From NCBI GenBank assembly GCA_964106915.2, contig OZ066916.1: a stretch of DNA of 64,000 bases; one strand, written 5' to 3'. The notes below the pieces were generated by a model. That model did not search any database, had not been told where the DNA came from, and worked only from the letters and a program-made list of their open reading frames with translations. The stretch is from Podarcis gaigeae (Eukaryota). Made by a program: the position numbers and the translations under genes. Below are positions 13,701-25,500 of the stretch, in pieces (within the stretch, counting starts at the first letter, position 1; every line of letters begins with the position of its first letter).

Positions 13701-16700
13701 CAGTCCCACAACTTACAGACATTTAGCTTGTGTACATCCAGCTTTATGTTCTTGGCAAATGATAATAATAAATAGAAAGGGGACAGGTGTCTGGGGGGAG
13801 GGGAGTCTTTGGCAATCCCACCCACCATTGCACCCAATGTTTTGTGATTATAAGCAATTTTGGCTTTAGGTGTGATCCCCAGAACGTAACCCCCATGTCA
13901 GTTGAGGGCTTACTCTATTAAAGTAAATATGCATGTCTTCTTTGCAGGTATTTATCTTTCCAGAATATTGCAGATGATTTTTTTATTTTTATTTTTTGCA
14001 CATAGGAAGCTGCTTGTACTGAATTAGACCCTCGGTCCATCTAGCTCATTGTTGTTTTCAGACAGAGGTCTTTCCCAGCCCTGCCTGGAAATGCTGGGAT
14101 TGGACCTCAAGCCTCCTGCAGCCCGAACAGATGCTTTGCCACTGAGCTCTTCTATAACAGAGTACTTATTTGTGGAACTATGTTCCTACCACAATAGGCT
14201 AGGAATGCCAAAGCCTTAAATGGTTTGTAAATTTGAGCCTATCATATAGCAACCTTATAGGCAGTGAAATCTTTCCATTGTAATATTGGTGGAATGCCTT
14301 TCTAAAACCCCGACTCTCTTCCTTACTATAAAAATGCCTACAGCTGAATGAAGGCATATTTCAGTCAACAGTCACATGAGTTAGAATCCAGGGTGGTCTT
14401 CCCACAAGGAGTTCTTAACAAGATCAGTTACACTGTTTTGGAGTCTAAAAATAATGTTGTCCTTCCATCTTTCATACAATAGTTGTACATATCCCCTGAG
14501 AACAGAAGGGCTAATGAATATGACTTCAAGAAGGCACTCGATCTGCTGGAGTATATTGATGAGGTATGAAAATGAATGAGTTTTGGTGATCTCTGAACCA
14601 GGATGTTTTTCAGTCTAACTGAAGTCCCCTCCCCCATCTGTAAAAAAATAAACAAACATAACCTCTTATTTCTCAGCTACCAAAATACTCAAGTCCCATC
14701 TAATACCAACTGCGTGACTTATTGGCCATCTTTTAAAACAATAATGGAGGGCTAAACCTATGAAAACATAAAAACTGAAACTGAAGACTGTGACTCAGTT
14801 TTAGTGATGCCATCAGTCAAATATCAGTTCATATCAGAATGGGAAATTGATCATTTCCCACCCACCTTCTTTTTAGTTATTGATGTCGCTACCCCAACTG
14901 GTATCCTTGTCGGGATCTAGATTCATGATATAGCAATGTCCCAGGACCTCTTCTCAGTCCTCCGCCTGCCCCTGTGTTAGGTTTTATTTTATTAATATTT
15001 CTATTAAAATATTTCTGACCCATTCTGTATCACTTGATCCCAGCCAAATTGACACTTTCCCTCTCACAAAAACTGAACTGCAAACTGTTAAGTGCTCTGA
15101 GTCACATTCTGTGGCATCAGACCAGGTCTGCTCATTTCCCTAAGCACAATAATATACTGATCACCTTAAAGGAGCTTACATGTATGATTACATATCTGTA
15201 TGGACATTGTGGGTCATGCAAAACTGAGAACCTCTCTGAAGGTCCCATTGTTCTTTCTGATCTGTTCTTGTTTAGAAAGCACATGGCTTTGCATCTTCTT
15301 GCTTGCCCTCTTCATCCTGCCACAGTTTTCCCAGTCTGGTATTTCTGTCTGTGGCCAAGAGGAAAAACGTTTTTTATTCTTGTTCTTAAGAGACTCTTGT
15401 GCAAAGTCTCTATATGCTTGGTTATGCTGGAATAAAAGGCATATTTTAATAAATAAAAGGCACAAATGAAGTCTTTTTTATGTAGATTCCCCTCCTTTCC
15501 CCATCAAGTCATAATCCATTTTCAGACATACTTCAAAAAGCTATTTTCTGGCCCATACCCTTGAAAATTGTCCCTCTTTCTTACTTCTGGTCATGTTTTT
15601 AGCTTGTGAACTATTGAATTTGGATATAATCACAATGCATAATGTGTGTTTCTCTAAAATCTCCAAGGCAATTTAATATTTATTTATTTTCTTTCTTTTT
15701 TTCCTTTCAATGAAGGATGAGGAAGTGGACATAAATGATCTTAAACTTAAAATACTTTGCAAAGCTCTTTTAAGAGATAGGTAAGCAAGCTATTTATTTG
15801 TTTGTTTAAAGCATTTTTGTCCCCACTTTTTGGCTGTAAAGAATGCAGCTCACATAAACTCAATAACAAAGACAGGTCCTACATGTAGGCTTACAGTCTA
15901 AAAGACATAACACAAAAGGAAAATGTGATGACAGAGGAAGGGAAAAATAAGCAAACTCAGGTCTTTATTTTACAACAACTATTTTATAACAATCAAACCA
16001 GCTTGAATGGAAACAATTAGGGAGAGGAGAAAAATAGAACTCAAATAGAAGAGCTGATTAAGTGGTCCTTCTTCCTATCTCTCCCTTTTTTCTGTAGCCA
16101 TTGTATAAAAACTTGTTAGTACACTTAATATTCTGTTAAAATTTGTGGTTTTCCCAGCTGCTTGTACCAGATTGAATATTTTCTTCGAAACATATTTATG
16201 TCACACTTCATCATATCAGATTTCAGGGTGTTGTACAGCAGGGGAGGGCAGACTTGAGGCTTGCAGGATCTACTTTGTGTGTTACTGGAACCCTGAGATC
16301 CACCGACCGGAACAAGGTGTAAAAGACATGAGTTTAGAATTGAAGAACACATTGCCTCTAAGCAGCTGTTGAGGACAGGGATTTGAGTATTAGAAGTGAG
16401 GCTGAGCTCACAATCTTTCCATACAAAAATCTATTCCTAGTTACCAAGGTTCCCCCCCCCCCCCGGGGGTTATTTTGTTGTGTTATTGTTAAACAGGTTG
16501 GAGTCAAAAATCCTTGCTGATCTATTGCAGATCACCCAGAGATCTACCAGAAAATTCTGGTCTACCTTCTGCCCACCCCTGGTGTACAGCATAAAATATT
16601 TTTTAAAGTGCAAAAACAAGATAGCAGATAAAACTTTTAAGTGACTACAATATTATTGGTTAAATCAGTAAATCATAGCAGTGTGGGTGCCAGGCAAAAT

Positions 16701-19700
16701 TCTTAAGGGAGAGCATTCCACAACCAGGACATCACTGCAAAGAATGCCGAGACTGTCCCTTGATGATCTTACATTTAATTGAGGAGGTGCATGTCAAAGG
16801 GTCTTGGCAAATGATGATAAAGAACTGGCAAGTTAATATGGGGTGTGGTGCCTCTCAAATTATACTAGCAGGTTGTCTAGCTACGGGGAAGATGCACTTT
16901 AGACAGAACTGTTCTCTATTGAAAACACATCCATAATAGGTTGTCTGCGTAGGCACATGATTTGTGTCTCTCCAAACAAATTTTGTCCTTACGTTTTACT
17001 ACTCCTGGTTGGTTGGGGTGAACAAACCATCAGCCTGGGTTTGGACAAGGAGACAAGCCAGGCCATAGTTTGTTTCCCAGCAGGAAGCAGAAAGACTGCA
17101 ACTTCAGTAGTATGCAAGTGCACACTACACATTCACAGTAAACCATAGTTTAATATGATGTGTGAACCTGGTCATCCTCAGTAGCCCTCAGAGAAGCTAA
17201 TAATTCCCCTCCTGTTACAGATGGGGGGCTAAATTAAGATTACCTAAGGATCCCCAACAGGTTTTGGCAGGGATGAGACTTGAACTGTGGGCAACTAGAA
17301 TCTCCTAACTATTATGCCAAGCCAGCTTTCTTTGGTTCTCTGGCCAACGGCACAGCAGTGGTACATTTCTTTTACACTTCCGATGATTGATGATTTCATT
17401 TTCTTCATGGTAATATGCTACATCATGGGTAGTAAACCTTTCCCAGCCCTAGAGGCACTTTCCATCATGGGGGAATCTGGAGGAACCACAGGCCAGTAGT
17501 GGGCGGGGTCAAAATATCTTTCTCCATTGACAGCTTGCTTGTGTTCCATACTACATGCTTTGAAATAGGCTTCTTTCTCTAAGGGCACAACATGGAAACA
17601 CAGCAGGCTTCCGATAGAGAGATTTATTTCTCCCTCAGCAGCACGCCTCTGCAGCAGTTCCCCCCCTTTCCTGCAACCCAGCCGTCACTGATCACTTGGG
17701 CACCAGGGGTGAGAACTTGGGTTTCATGACCTGCCACACCTCACTACTTAGCTGGTTGGCAGAAACAACCAAGTAGTGGGGGAATGGTGCTGCAGTGTGG
17801 GCAGGGCATGGGAGGAGAGGCCAGTGGGCAAAGAGAGTGCCCCAGGAGGCTGTGTGTGCCCATTCTACATGTTCCATTTAAGGAATTGGCTGCAGTTACA
17901 ATAGCATTTGAACTAAATGTTATTGGCTCTAAATCAAGAGATAGTTGAAGGTGTGTTTTTTTGTATTTGTGTCAGGTGGTGTTTAGAACATGCCTGTTTG
18001 CAGGTTGTTCCAGACAGCCCCTATGACAAATGAAAACCCCCATATTCCACCTTTTAATTTTCAAAAACCTAGTCAGCTACTCAGTCTTTAAAGCATAATG
18101 ATGGAATAAATCAACACTGTGTTTCAAACTTGCTTAGGGCTAAATCCCTAAGTCCTTGCAAGACTGAGCTGCTGTTTCTACCTTCAGACATTTGAGTGAA
18201 AGAAATATGTGAACCCCTTTGAAGCCCAGTCTGTGCAGGTTTACTCAGAAGTCAGCTCTCTCTAGCTTCATGGAATGTTTAGGATTTTGGAGTTTATTAT
18301 TTCTCCTACTATACTAAGAACAATTTAAGGATTCACTGAACAGGGATCACTATGCACAAATAGTATATAAACTCTGAGCGAACCAAGTTAAATATAAATC
18401 TGTCAAGGTTTGATATCCAAGTTGGCAGCCGAAACATTTGTTGGAAACTGATCTTCATTTGAATAGCATGTTTAGCATTTCAATAGATATGCCCAATTGA
18501 TTGAGCTTTAGATAAAATAGCTATGCAGGAATAATCCTTATTCATGAGAATATGTCATCTTGAGTTTTGATGCATCTTCAAATCACTGCATTGGACACTT
18601 TGAACTACCTGTTCTTCAGGAATGTGCATAATTGTGCATAATCCTTTATGCATCCCTGCTTCATAGCTATATATGGCAACTGAATTCTTGGGTAGTACCC
18701 TGAGGCTTGTGGGGAACACTTGGTGACTTCCTTATATGGTAGTGGACTGTGTTTCTCTCTTACATTTTGTGCCCTCCTGATGAAGGTGAAGTAGCGAATA
18801 GAAATGCAAAGGAAGTTGTAGGGAAATAGATCCTTTTCCCAGCATGCATAGTTGTTTAACGCATCCATTTTCACCTGACTAGGAAATTCTTAAAGTAAAT
18901 GGTAGTCGCAAGGGAAATTACAGAAGGTCTTCTTTATGCAAAGGTTTTGACAATGCTTTTAAAAATGCATTACTGAAAGACATGCTAAATGGATTTATTG
19001 ATTGTATTGAAATGGAACTTTAAACATGATTTCAGAGTTCTCTTGGTCCAGCATCCTGCAAATGAGACACTTCTGAAAACCTGCTTATAGGGCAAATTAA
19101 GGCTGATAGTTGAGTTAATCTGCTAATAGGACATTTCCTCCGTTGACAATGTTTTGGAGCATGCATGCTGTTTGCATAATGCAACAACACCGAATCGGAA
19201 GGTATATTGAAATAAAAAGCTGGTTGCACACCATTTCTAATACTTGATAAGGCTCTTTCTGTGGCATAGGTCACTCTGAAAAATTGTTTGCTAATCCCAC
19301 TACAGGGGACAGCCCAGTACTAACACCTCTATGTATATATCCTACAGTGTTTGGAAGTGTAGCTTATTAGTTGTAAAAAATAAAAATTATCCATAGTGAG
19401 GCACATATAATAATTATTTTTTACTTTATTCTTTGTCAGGTAGCATATACATTTTAGCATTCTTAATACTGTACGGCCTTGAAAGATGTGAAATTGAGTA
19501 AAGGATACACAAATAATCAAAATACACACAAAGTGACACTGGGGATTCTGATTTAATACTATATATATTTGTTTTTTAAAATATATATTCTATTTGTACT
19601 AACTTTTATTTTTTGGATACAGGTGGTGTAGTTCAGAAGGCAAAGATGATCCAATTGAAGCATCTAAAGACAGCATATTTGTGAAAATTCTACAAAAGCT

Positions 19701-20164
19701 GTTCAAAGAAGGTAGATATTATTGTGTGAAATATGCTCAGAAATAGGTTTTTGTGAGTTCTCTGCTTTACATATATTTACATCAAATGGCATTAATATCA
19801 TTAGTAGTTAAGATATAAATACAGCAGGCAAAATTGAAAATAAGGCATGGGCAGAAGGGATTTGCCAAATGTGGTTTGAAAATAAAACTTACCCATTGAT
19901 GATAGTGCTTCGAAAAATTATCACTGTATCCCGGGCCTAGACAAGTTATTCTGAAATGTAGGTACGCATTTCAATGATCACTCAATGTTTGCAGTTTACA
20001 GTAGCTAATAACTTCTTTCTGTTTTAGGAATTCAGCTCAGCGAATATCTACCTGGGGTAAAAGACTTAATGCAAGCAGATGAACTTGAACACTTAACATG
20101 CAAACCGTACTTAGAATTTGTACTTAAAGCAAATTACGAACTTTATGTCTATAGGCAGACCTGA
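370..20164 (+). CDS. NUP133: Nucleoporin 133, 3' portion of gene (17 coding exons, 753 aa + stop; 5' exons lie upstream of the window)
   Basis: 17 GT-AG exons splice in frame (2262 nt). The peptide is colinear with vertebrate NUP133 ([63 protein letters not shown] near the stop). Confidence 0.97.
690..769. repeat. Short (~80 bp) imperfect palindromic interspersed repeat, MITE-like, family not named
   Basis: Arms caatcctatac/tacttggaaataag versus cttacttccaggta/atagaattg. Degenerate copies occur at ~18225, 21525, 23722, 27468, 27755, 29852, 29940, 30660 and 60622. Confidence 0.6.
1038..1195 (+). CDS. NUP133: NUP133 coding exon
   Basis: tag|GT...GAG|gtaag; [23 protein letters not shown]...[12 protein letters not shown]. 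Confidence 0.93.
1375..1466 (+). CDS. NUP133: NUP133 coding exon
   Basis: tag|AGC...GCAG|gt; [19 protein letters not shown]. Confidence 0.92.
2740..3030 (+). mobile_element. Decayed DIRS-type (tyrosine recombinase) retrotransposon fragment in a NUP133 intron
   Basis: Stop-interrupted frame [51 protein letters not shown] resembles the vertebrate DIRS1 pol C-terminus. The overlapping frame [12 protein letters not shown] resembles the start of the YR ORF. Confidence 0.65.
3651..3814 (+). CDS. NUP133: NUP133 coding exon
   Basis: cag|T...GAAG|gtgag; [30 protein letters not shown]. Confidence 0.94.
3929..4020 (+). CDS. NUP133: NUP133 coding exon (alternative in-frame start 3932)
   Basis: Tandem aag|cag| acceptor; [29 protein letters not shown]|gt. 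Confidence 0.88.
4105..4329 (+). CDS. NUP133: NUP133 coding exon
   Basis: aag|GTG...GAG|gt; VGLFGRLG...[19 protein letters not shown]...[10 protein letters not shown]. Confidence 0.94.
4897..5019 (+). CDS. NUP133: NUP133 coding exon
   Basis: cag|GTG...AAG|gt; [15 protein letters not shown]...VNVNNIIK. Confidence 0.94.
5519..5618 (+). CDS. NUP133: NUP133 coding exon
   Basis: tag|GAT...ACAG|gtgag; DMLQAA...EPEYVPWT. Confidence 0.93.
5966..6330 (+). mobile_element. Full-length, CpG-rich Sauria SINE (Squam1 type)
   Basis: GGGACGCGGGTGGCGCTGTGGG head, Pol III B box GGTTCGAATCC (6030-6040), core GCCAACCTAGCAGTTCGAAAGCA, and (ACCTTT)n tail shared with BovB/RTE LINEs. Confidence 0.92.
7293..7535 (+). 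CDS. NUP133: NUP133 coding exon
   Basis: aag|CA...CTAC|gtaagt; [24 protein letters not shown]...[10 protein letters not shown]. Confidence 0.92.
8539..8672 (+). CDS. NUP133: NUP133 coding exon
   Basis: cag|TT...CAG|gt; [44 protein letters not shown]. Confidence 0.95.
9201..9359 (+). CDS. NUP133: NUP133 coding exon
   Basis: tag|AAT...AAG|gtgag; [23 protein letters not shown]...[14 protein letters not shown]. Confidence 0.95.
10715..10756 (+). repeat. (GT)21 microsatellite
   Basis: Direct reading. Confidence 0.97.
10822..10957 (+). CDS. NUP133: NUP133 coding exon
   Basis: tag|GCT...GAAG|gt; [27 protein letters not shown]. Confidence 0.93.
11875..11993 (+). CDS. NUP133: NUP133 coding exon
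   Basis: aag|AA...GAG|gtatgt; [19 protein letters not shown]...[11 protein letters not shown]. Confidence 0.93.
14000..14150 (-). mobile_element. Degenerate tRNA-derived SINE (Squam3-like)
   Basis: Reverse complement is similar to the copy at 46500 (agctcagtggcaaagcatctg...ctagatggacc...gcagcttcctatg). Confidence 0.7.
14483..14563 (+). CDS. NUP133: NUP133 coding exon
   Basis: tag|TTG...GAG|gtatga; [27 protein letters not shown]. Confidence 0.94.
15716..15780 (+). CDS. NUP133: NUP133 coding exon
   Basis: aag|GAT...ATAG|gtaagc; [21 protein letters not shown]. Confidence 0.9.
19623..19711 (+). CDS. NUP133: NUP133 coding exon
   Basis: cag|G...GAAG|gt; [29 protein letters not shown]. Confidence 0.93.
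20028..20164 (+). CDS. NUP133: NUP133 last coding exon
   Basis: tag|GA...; [19 protein letters not shown]...[21 protein letters not shown]. Confidence 0.93.
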
Positions 20165-20228
20165 GAGAATTCTGAATTTTAGAAAGACCATTTCTAAAGA
20201 ATGAACTTTTTGTACACTTTTTTTGGGC

Positions 20229-20234
20229 AATAAA
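20229..20234 (+). terminator. Candidate NUP133 polyadenylation signal AATAAA
   Basis: AATAAA ~65 nt after the stop, with an upstream TGTA. Usage not demonstrated. Confidence 0.5.
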
Positions 20235-22564
20235 ATTTTTGTTAACTAAGAACATGTCCGTCTTTAAAATGGTAAAGAATTCATTAAGTATCTAGAAGGT
20301 TTGGTAGCCTTTCCATCTGACAAAGACAAAAACTTACAAAGCTTAAGAAAACTGTTCTGTGCACTCTCAAGATAAGCTTTAAAACATGGTTTGGAACAGA
20401 CATCTCTTGCTTCAGTAATCCAACTTCTGACTTGTGCTCTGCTTCTGTAAGTAAATGAATATAATCCATCCCATTTTCAATCTTATCCTGAAGAATGCTT
20501 TTTATTCAGTTACAAACACACTGCAGGCCCACAGATATGTTATACATAAATAATGAAAGTTTTGGTGCTCACCACATTGCGGTATCACGTTCTACTACCA
20601 TCTAGGTAATGGCATGAAGACTAGAAAGCTGTTCTCTGCCTGCCTCTCTTGGAAGAGTCTCTTCTCTGTTTTATACCAGGCTGTTTTGAGTTGCTGGGTT
20701 GCTGTACAATCCACAGAATTTATACATTCTAATGCTTAAAAGAGTAGATAGCTAACTTTATTAGTCTTAGTGGCTTTAATCTGACAAATGTCACGGAGAA
20801 TCTTTCTTACAGACTGCTAAGCATGCAGAGATTGACTGCAAAGCAACTTGCCTCCCCACACATTTTACTTTATGCCTTGGCTAAATGCCTATTAGAAGAA
20901 CTTGATCCAACAGCTGAGAAGGTCATAAGTTAAATCAGTTGAAGAGAGTCCAATTTCTAGTTTTAAAAGCCCTGCTATCATTCCATGGCTTCCCTTCTTG
21001 CTGTGCTAATACGGCGCTAAGGGTGGAGGAGCTGAATGTGTTCGGAAAAATAGACTTATCTGGACATGTTCAAACCAATGTAGAAAAGAAATGCATTAGC
21101 ACCACTGGAAATAGATCCAAAGTTCTGCATAGCAGAGAGGGGCTCACTGTACTTGATAGCAAGAATTAAGCAGCGTATCTTGGGTATTATCTAGAGAATA
21201 ATGGAGTTAAAAATATGTCTTAAAATGGATAGTGATAAAATGAAGTCATTTCTCTGCCTAGACTTTACTGCTTGGCTTTGTGTCTAGTAATATGGACTGA
21301 AGGTTCTGCTAGAATTTCCCTCCCGTTGTCTCTAAAACCCACTTAGCTTGCTTTGTTGTATTTAACACTGATGAGTGCTGCTTAACCCTCATCTGCTGGA
21401 AATTCTGTTACTGCTGTCTGAAGACCTCGGAGTCAATTGGAGGTTCCCCCATCCCATGTCACTGTTTATTGACCAAAATACATTTGGTGAGAGTATGTTG
21501 CTCATAGTTTTCGTAAGAGATATACAGCCCCACCCTCTGCAAGTTTACTTAAAAGCAAGTCTCACATGAGCTTACTCCCATGAAGGTGTGTATAGGGTTA
21601 CAGTCTTCACAAGTATGAAATCAGGAAGAGTAATTCCATTATGTTTTAGTGCATCACTGTACAATGACCTGTTGATGTTGATACCCAGTGGGGAGTCACC
21701 TTGCTTAAAGACCGCAGGGCTAGGGAGTGGATTTTGTTTTAGGGTTTGGCTTCTGTAAGCATGAATCTAGTGAATGGCAATTGCAAGAAGTCACTATGTG
21801 ATGATAAAATGGGTCATCTGAATATACCCACAGAATACCTTTGGAAGATTTATCAATAATATGAATTCCTCTTACTGGAGATTATATGTATTCCTTCAAT
21901 GTCAATCCACTGATATTACAAAAAAGGGCAACATTTGCAGCACATTATACTGATCAGCTCTACTGAATTGGGGAAATTCATTTCTATAGGATGTTTCAAT
22001 CGATAAATTCTTTAGCGGAGTGGAAAAGTTGGATTAGTATGTGAGATAACTATCAAACGTGGCAGTTTGTTTTAATGTTGCACCTTGCAAATGACTCTTC
22101 TGAAAACATCCTATGATTTAAAGCAAGAGGCAAGGGTGTAAAGTTGTTACTTTCATCTAGATAGACTTGAGAACATACAGCAATTTCTCCTATGGAGATC
22201 GGCTTTACTCTTACACCAGCTCTCGTTGCTGGAATTTGACCTGCCTTGTCTCTGTTATAGCTGAGTACTAACAAAATATTAGTTTAATCCTTCATGCCTA
22301 TCTTCCTACATCCTAATCCCTAAGAATGTTTACAACGGAAATGACCACTTGCTTGGAGAGAGCAGAAAAACTGATGTTTAGTCATTTTTTGCATTTAGTT
22401 TATATAGTGTTGGCATGGATATTTGTAAAAGCACATGCATCATAAGGCAACATTGTGTCAGAAGTTTGCATAACTCTGAAGATCACAAAGTCTGCTTTTA
22501 TGTTCTGTAGCTTGGTTGGTATGATCAACGTTAACAATCTGAGTGCAGGTAACAAATTATAATA

Positions 22565-22776
22565 CAGGCAACTCCCCATTTATGCAAGGGTTATGTTCCA
22601 AGGCACCGCACGTTTAAGTGAAATAGTGTATATTTGAAATGCCATCGGAAAAGCCTGCAAACACCCCATTCCGCCCCCATCCCTTTTTGTGATGTTTTTT
22701 GGTCACTTCCAGGTTCAGTCCAATACACATGCACAGCTGTGCACATATTGAAGGTGTGTAAATGGGAGGTTGCCTG
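22565..22776. mobile_element. Tc1/mariner (Tigger-like) MITE
   Basis: TA|CAGGCAACTCCCCATTTA...TAAATGGGAGGTTGCCTG|TA, i.e. terminal inverted repeats (TIRs) with a TA duplication. Confidence 0.8.
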
Positions 22777-24842
22777 TAATCCTGTATGTTAATAGCAACC
22801 TCATTTTCTGAGTGTGGATCCCTGTCCAGTAAAATGTTGAAGAAAGGCATTATCAGCCAGCTTGGGGAAATCCCATGGCTTGCCAAAATATAAAAATGGG
22901 ACTCAATAAAGCTCTGAGCATGGACAGTAGCCACAGGACGCTGGCTGACTTGTGGGAAACGAATGGGACAGGGAATGGGGTGTCTGAGAAGAAGGCACGG
23001 CTGGAACCCTAGACAGCAACACTTTCCACTGCAACAGATTCCACTTGTTGCAGGCTCCACATGTTCATTCATTCTTAAGTGCTGGGGGGGGGGGGCGTAA
23101 TAAGAGGCTGTATAGAATATAGAACTGAGAACCTCCCTGCAAGTTTACAATCTTAAGATTAGAATTCAATACACAACAGGGGATTTATGCATCATGATAA
23201 GCTCAGGCCATCCCACATCATGAATCCAAAACTCCAGGGGAGTTGCATCTGTAAGACACTTCAGCAGTGTGCTCTGGGTGCAAGACACTTGCAGGTGTTG
23301 CCAAGAACACCCAAAACATGCATAAATGAACAAAATTGGGATTGTGCACCCCAAACTTAGCTTTCGGTCACCCCTGCACCATACATCTACATGTCCAGCA
23401 GAGTAGAAGAGGAGGCAGCATATGAACCAATGCACAGGCCATTCTCAAGCATAGTTCTGTAGAAATTAATAATGCACCAGTTTGAGCTGCCCAAATGTGT
23501 CTGCTTGAAGTTTGAGCATGCATGCACTGACATGTATTATGACAAACTTGTAAGACTAGATACGTTCAGAACAAGGTAACTATAATCTCTTAACAACTGA
23601 AATTTAGAGGTTTCTTGTGAGATTCGCATTAATGCTGTTAATATAAAATAAGTTTGCACAGAATGCTGGTTGGGATGTTTCAAATAACTATATCAAAACA
23701 TACAGTAAAGAGTTCCACCAGGCTGCAGTTTTATACCCACTCTCTAGAGAATAGATCCCATTTAATTCAGTGGGTATAAAAATATTCTGAGTAGATATAT
23801 ATTGGATGGCACTGTTAGTAATTTAACAAATTTTTGACACACAGACTATGTGATTGCTGCAGGTTTTATCACCTATTCCCTACTTTAGAGATATAGATGC
23901 TTCCAAAAATCATGTTCTGGAATGATATGTAATAAAACGCATGGGAAGAATTTACTGCTTTTAGTGGTATGGCTCAAGAACTGTGGATTGTATCCAAGTC
24001 ATCTTGTTCCCACCAGGACTTGTTCCCACCATGAGATTTCCCTCTCTCTTCTCTCACTGCGCACTCTAATATGCTCCATAGGATCAAGGGAACTCCCCAA
24101 AACAGATTTGGGAAGCACACGGGGATTGGAGGGAGGAAGTTCTGTTACACAAGTGTAAGTTTCAGCACCAGCAAAAAGACTTTGTAGGATACAACCCTAC
24201 TTAAACGTTTCCAGATGTGAACATTTAGAAATAAGTGTCTATTTTACACACAGATTAACACAACTGAAGTGCAGTGGATCATAGCATCACAGTGGAATGC
24301 AATTCAGATACATAATCCAACCTAATTAGTGTATATTGTTGTTTAAAGCAGTTTGGGATATTATATGGGACACAGATGGCCTCACTTTCTAACCGGAACT
24401 ACAAATAAAGTGTTCGGTTTTTTTATAGAGAATGAATGTCTTCAGTAAGGTTGATGGGGATGAAGGTCCCAAGTCCCGTACTTCCTTCACTTTGAAAATG
24501 CAAAAGTATATATATGTGCATTTCTGTTCTAAAAGACATATGGGAAATCCTGAATTACTACTATTTTGCCTAACACAAGCACAACTAACCATGCAATGTG
24601 CACATATCAAATTAGGCCATGGTATAATTTCAATGAGATTATGGTGTCTTTAAATCTTTCATATTGGGGTGGGGTACTGCAGGGACAGGGTCCCAATGCA
24701 GCCCTCCAAGTTTCTCTATCTGGCCTCCCCCCCCCCCAATGCCCTCCCCACTAAGACTCTGTCCCTCGCATGTCCTACTTGGCACCCTCAAGTGTTTTTG
24801 CCTTGAACTCCAATAACACCTTTTGCTTGCCTGCATGGAGAA

Positions 24843-24844
<2 letters not shown>

Positions 24845-24892
<48 letters not shown>
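24845..24892 (+). repeat. (GT)24 microsatellite
   Basis: Direct reading. Confidence 0.97.
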
Positions 24893-24895
<3 letters not shown>

Positions 24896-25199
24896 CTAGC
24901 CTACTGTGGTGTGTAGGGATACTGCAGTTGCAAGATTGCATTGAGCAGGCAGTAGGACTGTAAGATCTCTAAGGTGCCTTACAACTCTAAAAGGCTATGA
25001 TTCCATACCAATTTCCTAGCGAGTCTTTATGATTGTGAAAACAAGTTTAAACAGGCATGTGCACAACAGGTGGTGAAGTCTCCAACTGGATGTGCTGCAG
25101 GGGGAGCTTAGTAGTTGCAATGGAGGCATGGGACTAGGCTTCAAAGTTCCTTATTGCATTTCACTTGTTGCCTACAACCTGCCAACCTCTGCTATACAG

Positions 25200-25500
25200 A
25201 TGCTGTTACACTCTCAGCAAACCTCTGATTGCTGCAACACGTTACACATGGGGCTTCCTTTGAAAAGCATTCAGAAACTACAGCTAGTGCAGAATTCAGC
25301 AGCCAATTGTTGACTGGAACCAGGTGGTCAAAGCATACAACACAGTTCTAGTCCAACTGCATTGGCTGTCAGTTTGGGACCCCAATATCTTAAGGACTGC
25401 ATCTCTCCATCAGAACCTACCCAGATCCTGCTAATACCATCAGAGGTCCGTCTCTGTGTGCCCAACCTCTCCCCTACCACAAGAGGTGTGGTAGGTGGCA
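25200..25500 (+). mobile_element. L2-clade LINE ORF2 C-terminal remnant
   Basis: DCCNTLHMGLPLKSIQKLQLVQNSAA matches the L2 motif DYCN..Y.GLP....KLQLVQNAAAR. The frame is broken downstream. Confidence 0.8.

Noticed and set aside
370-20164. U12-type (minor) introns in NUP133
   Set aside because: No donor matches RTATCCTT; all are ordinary GT donors.
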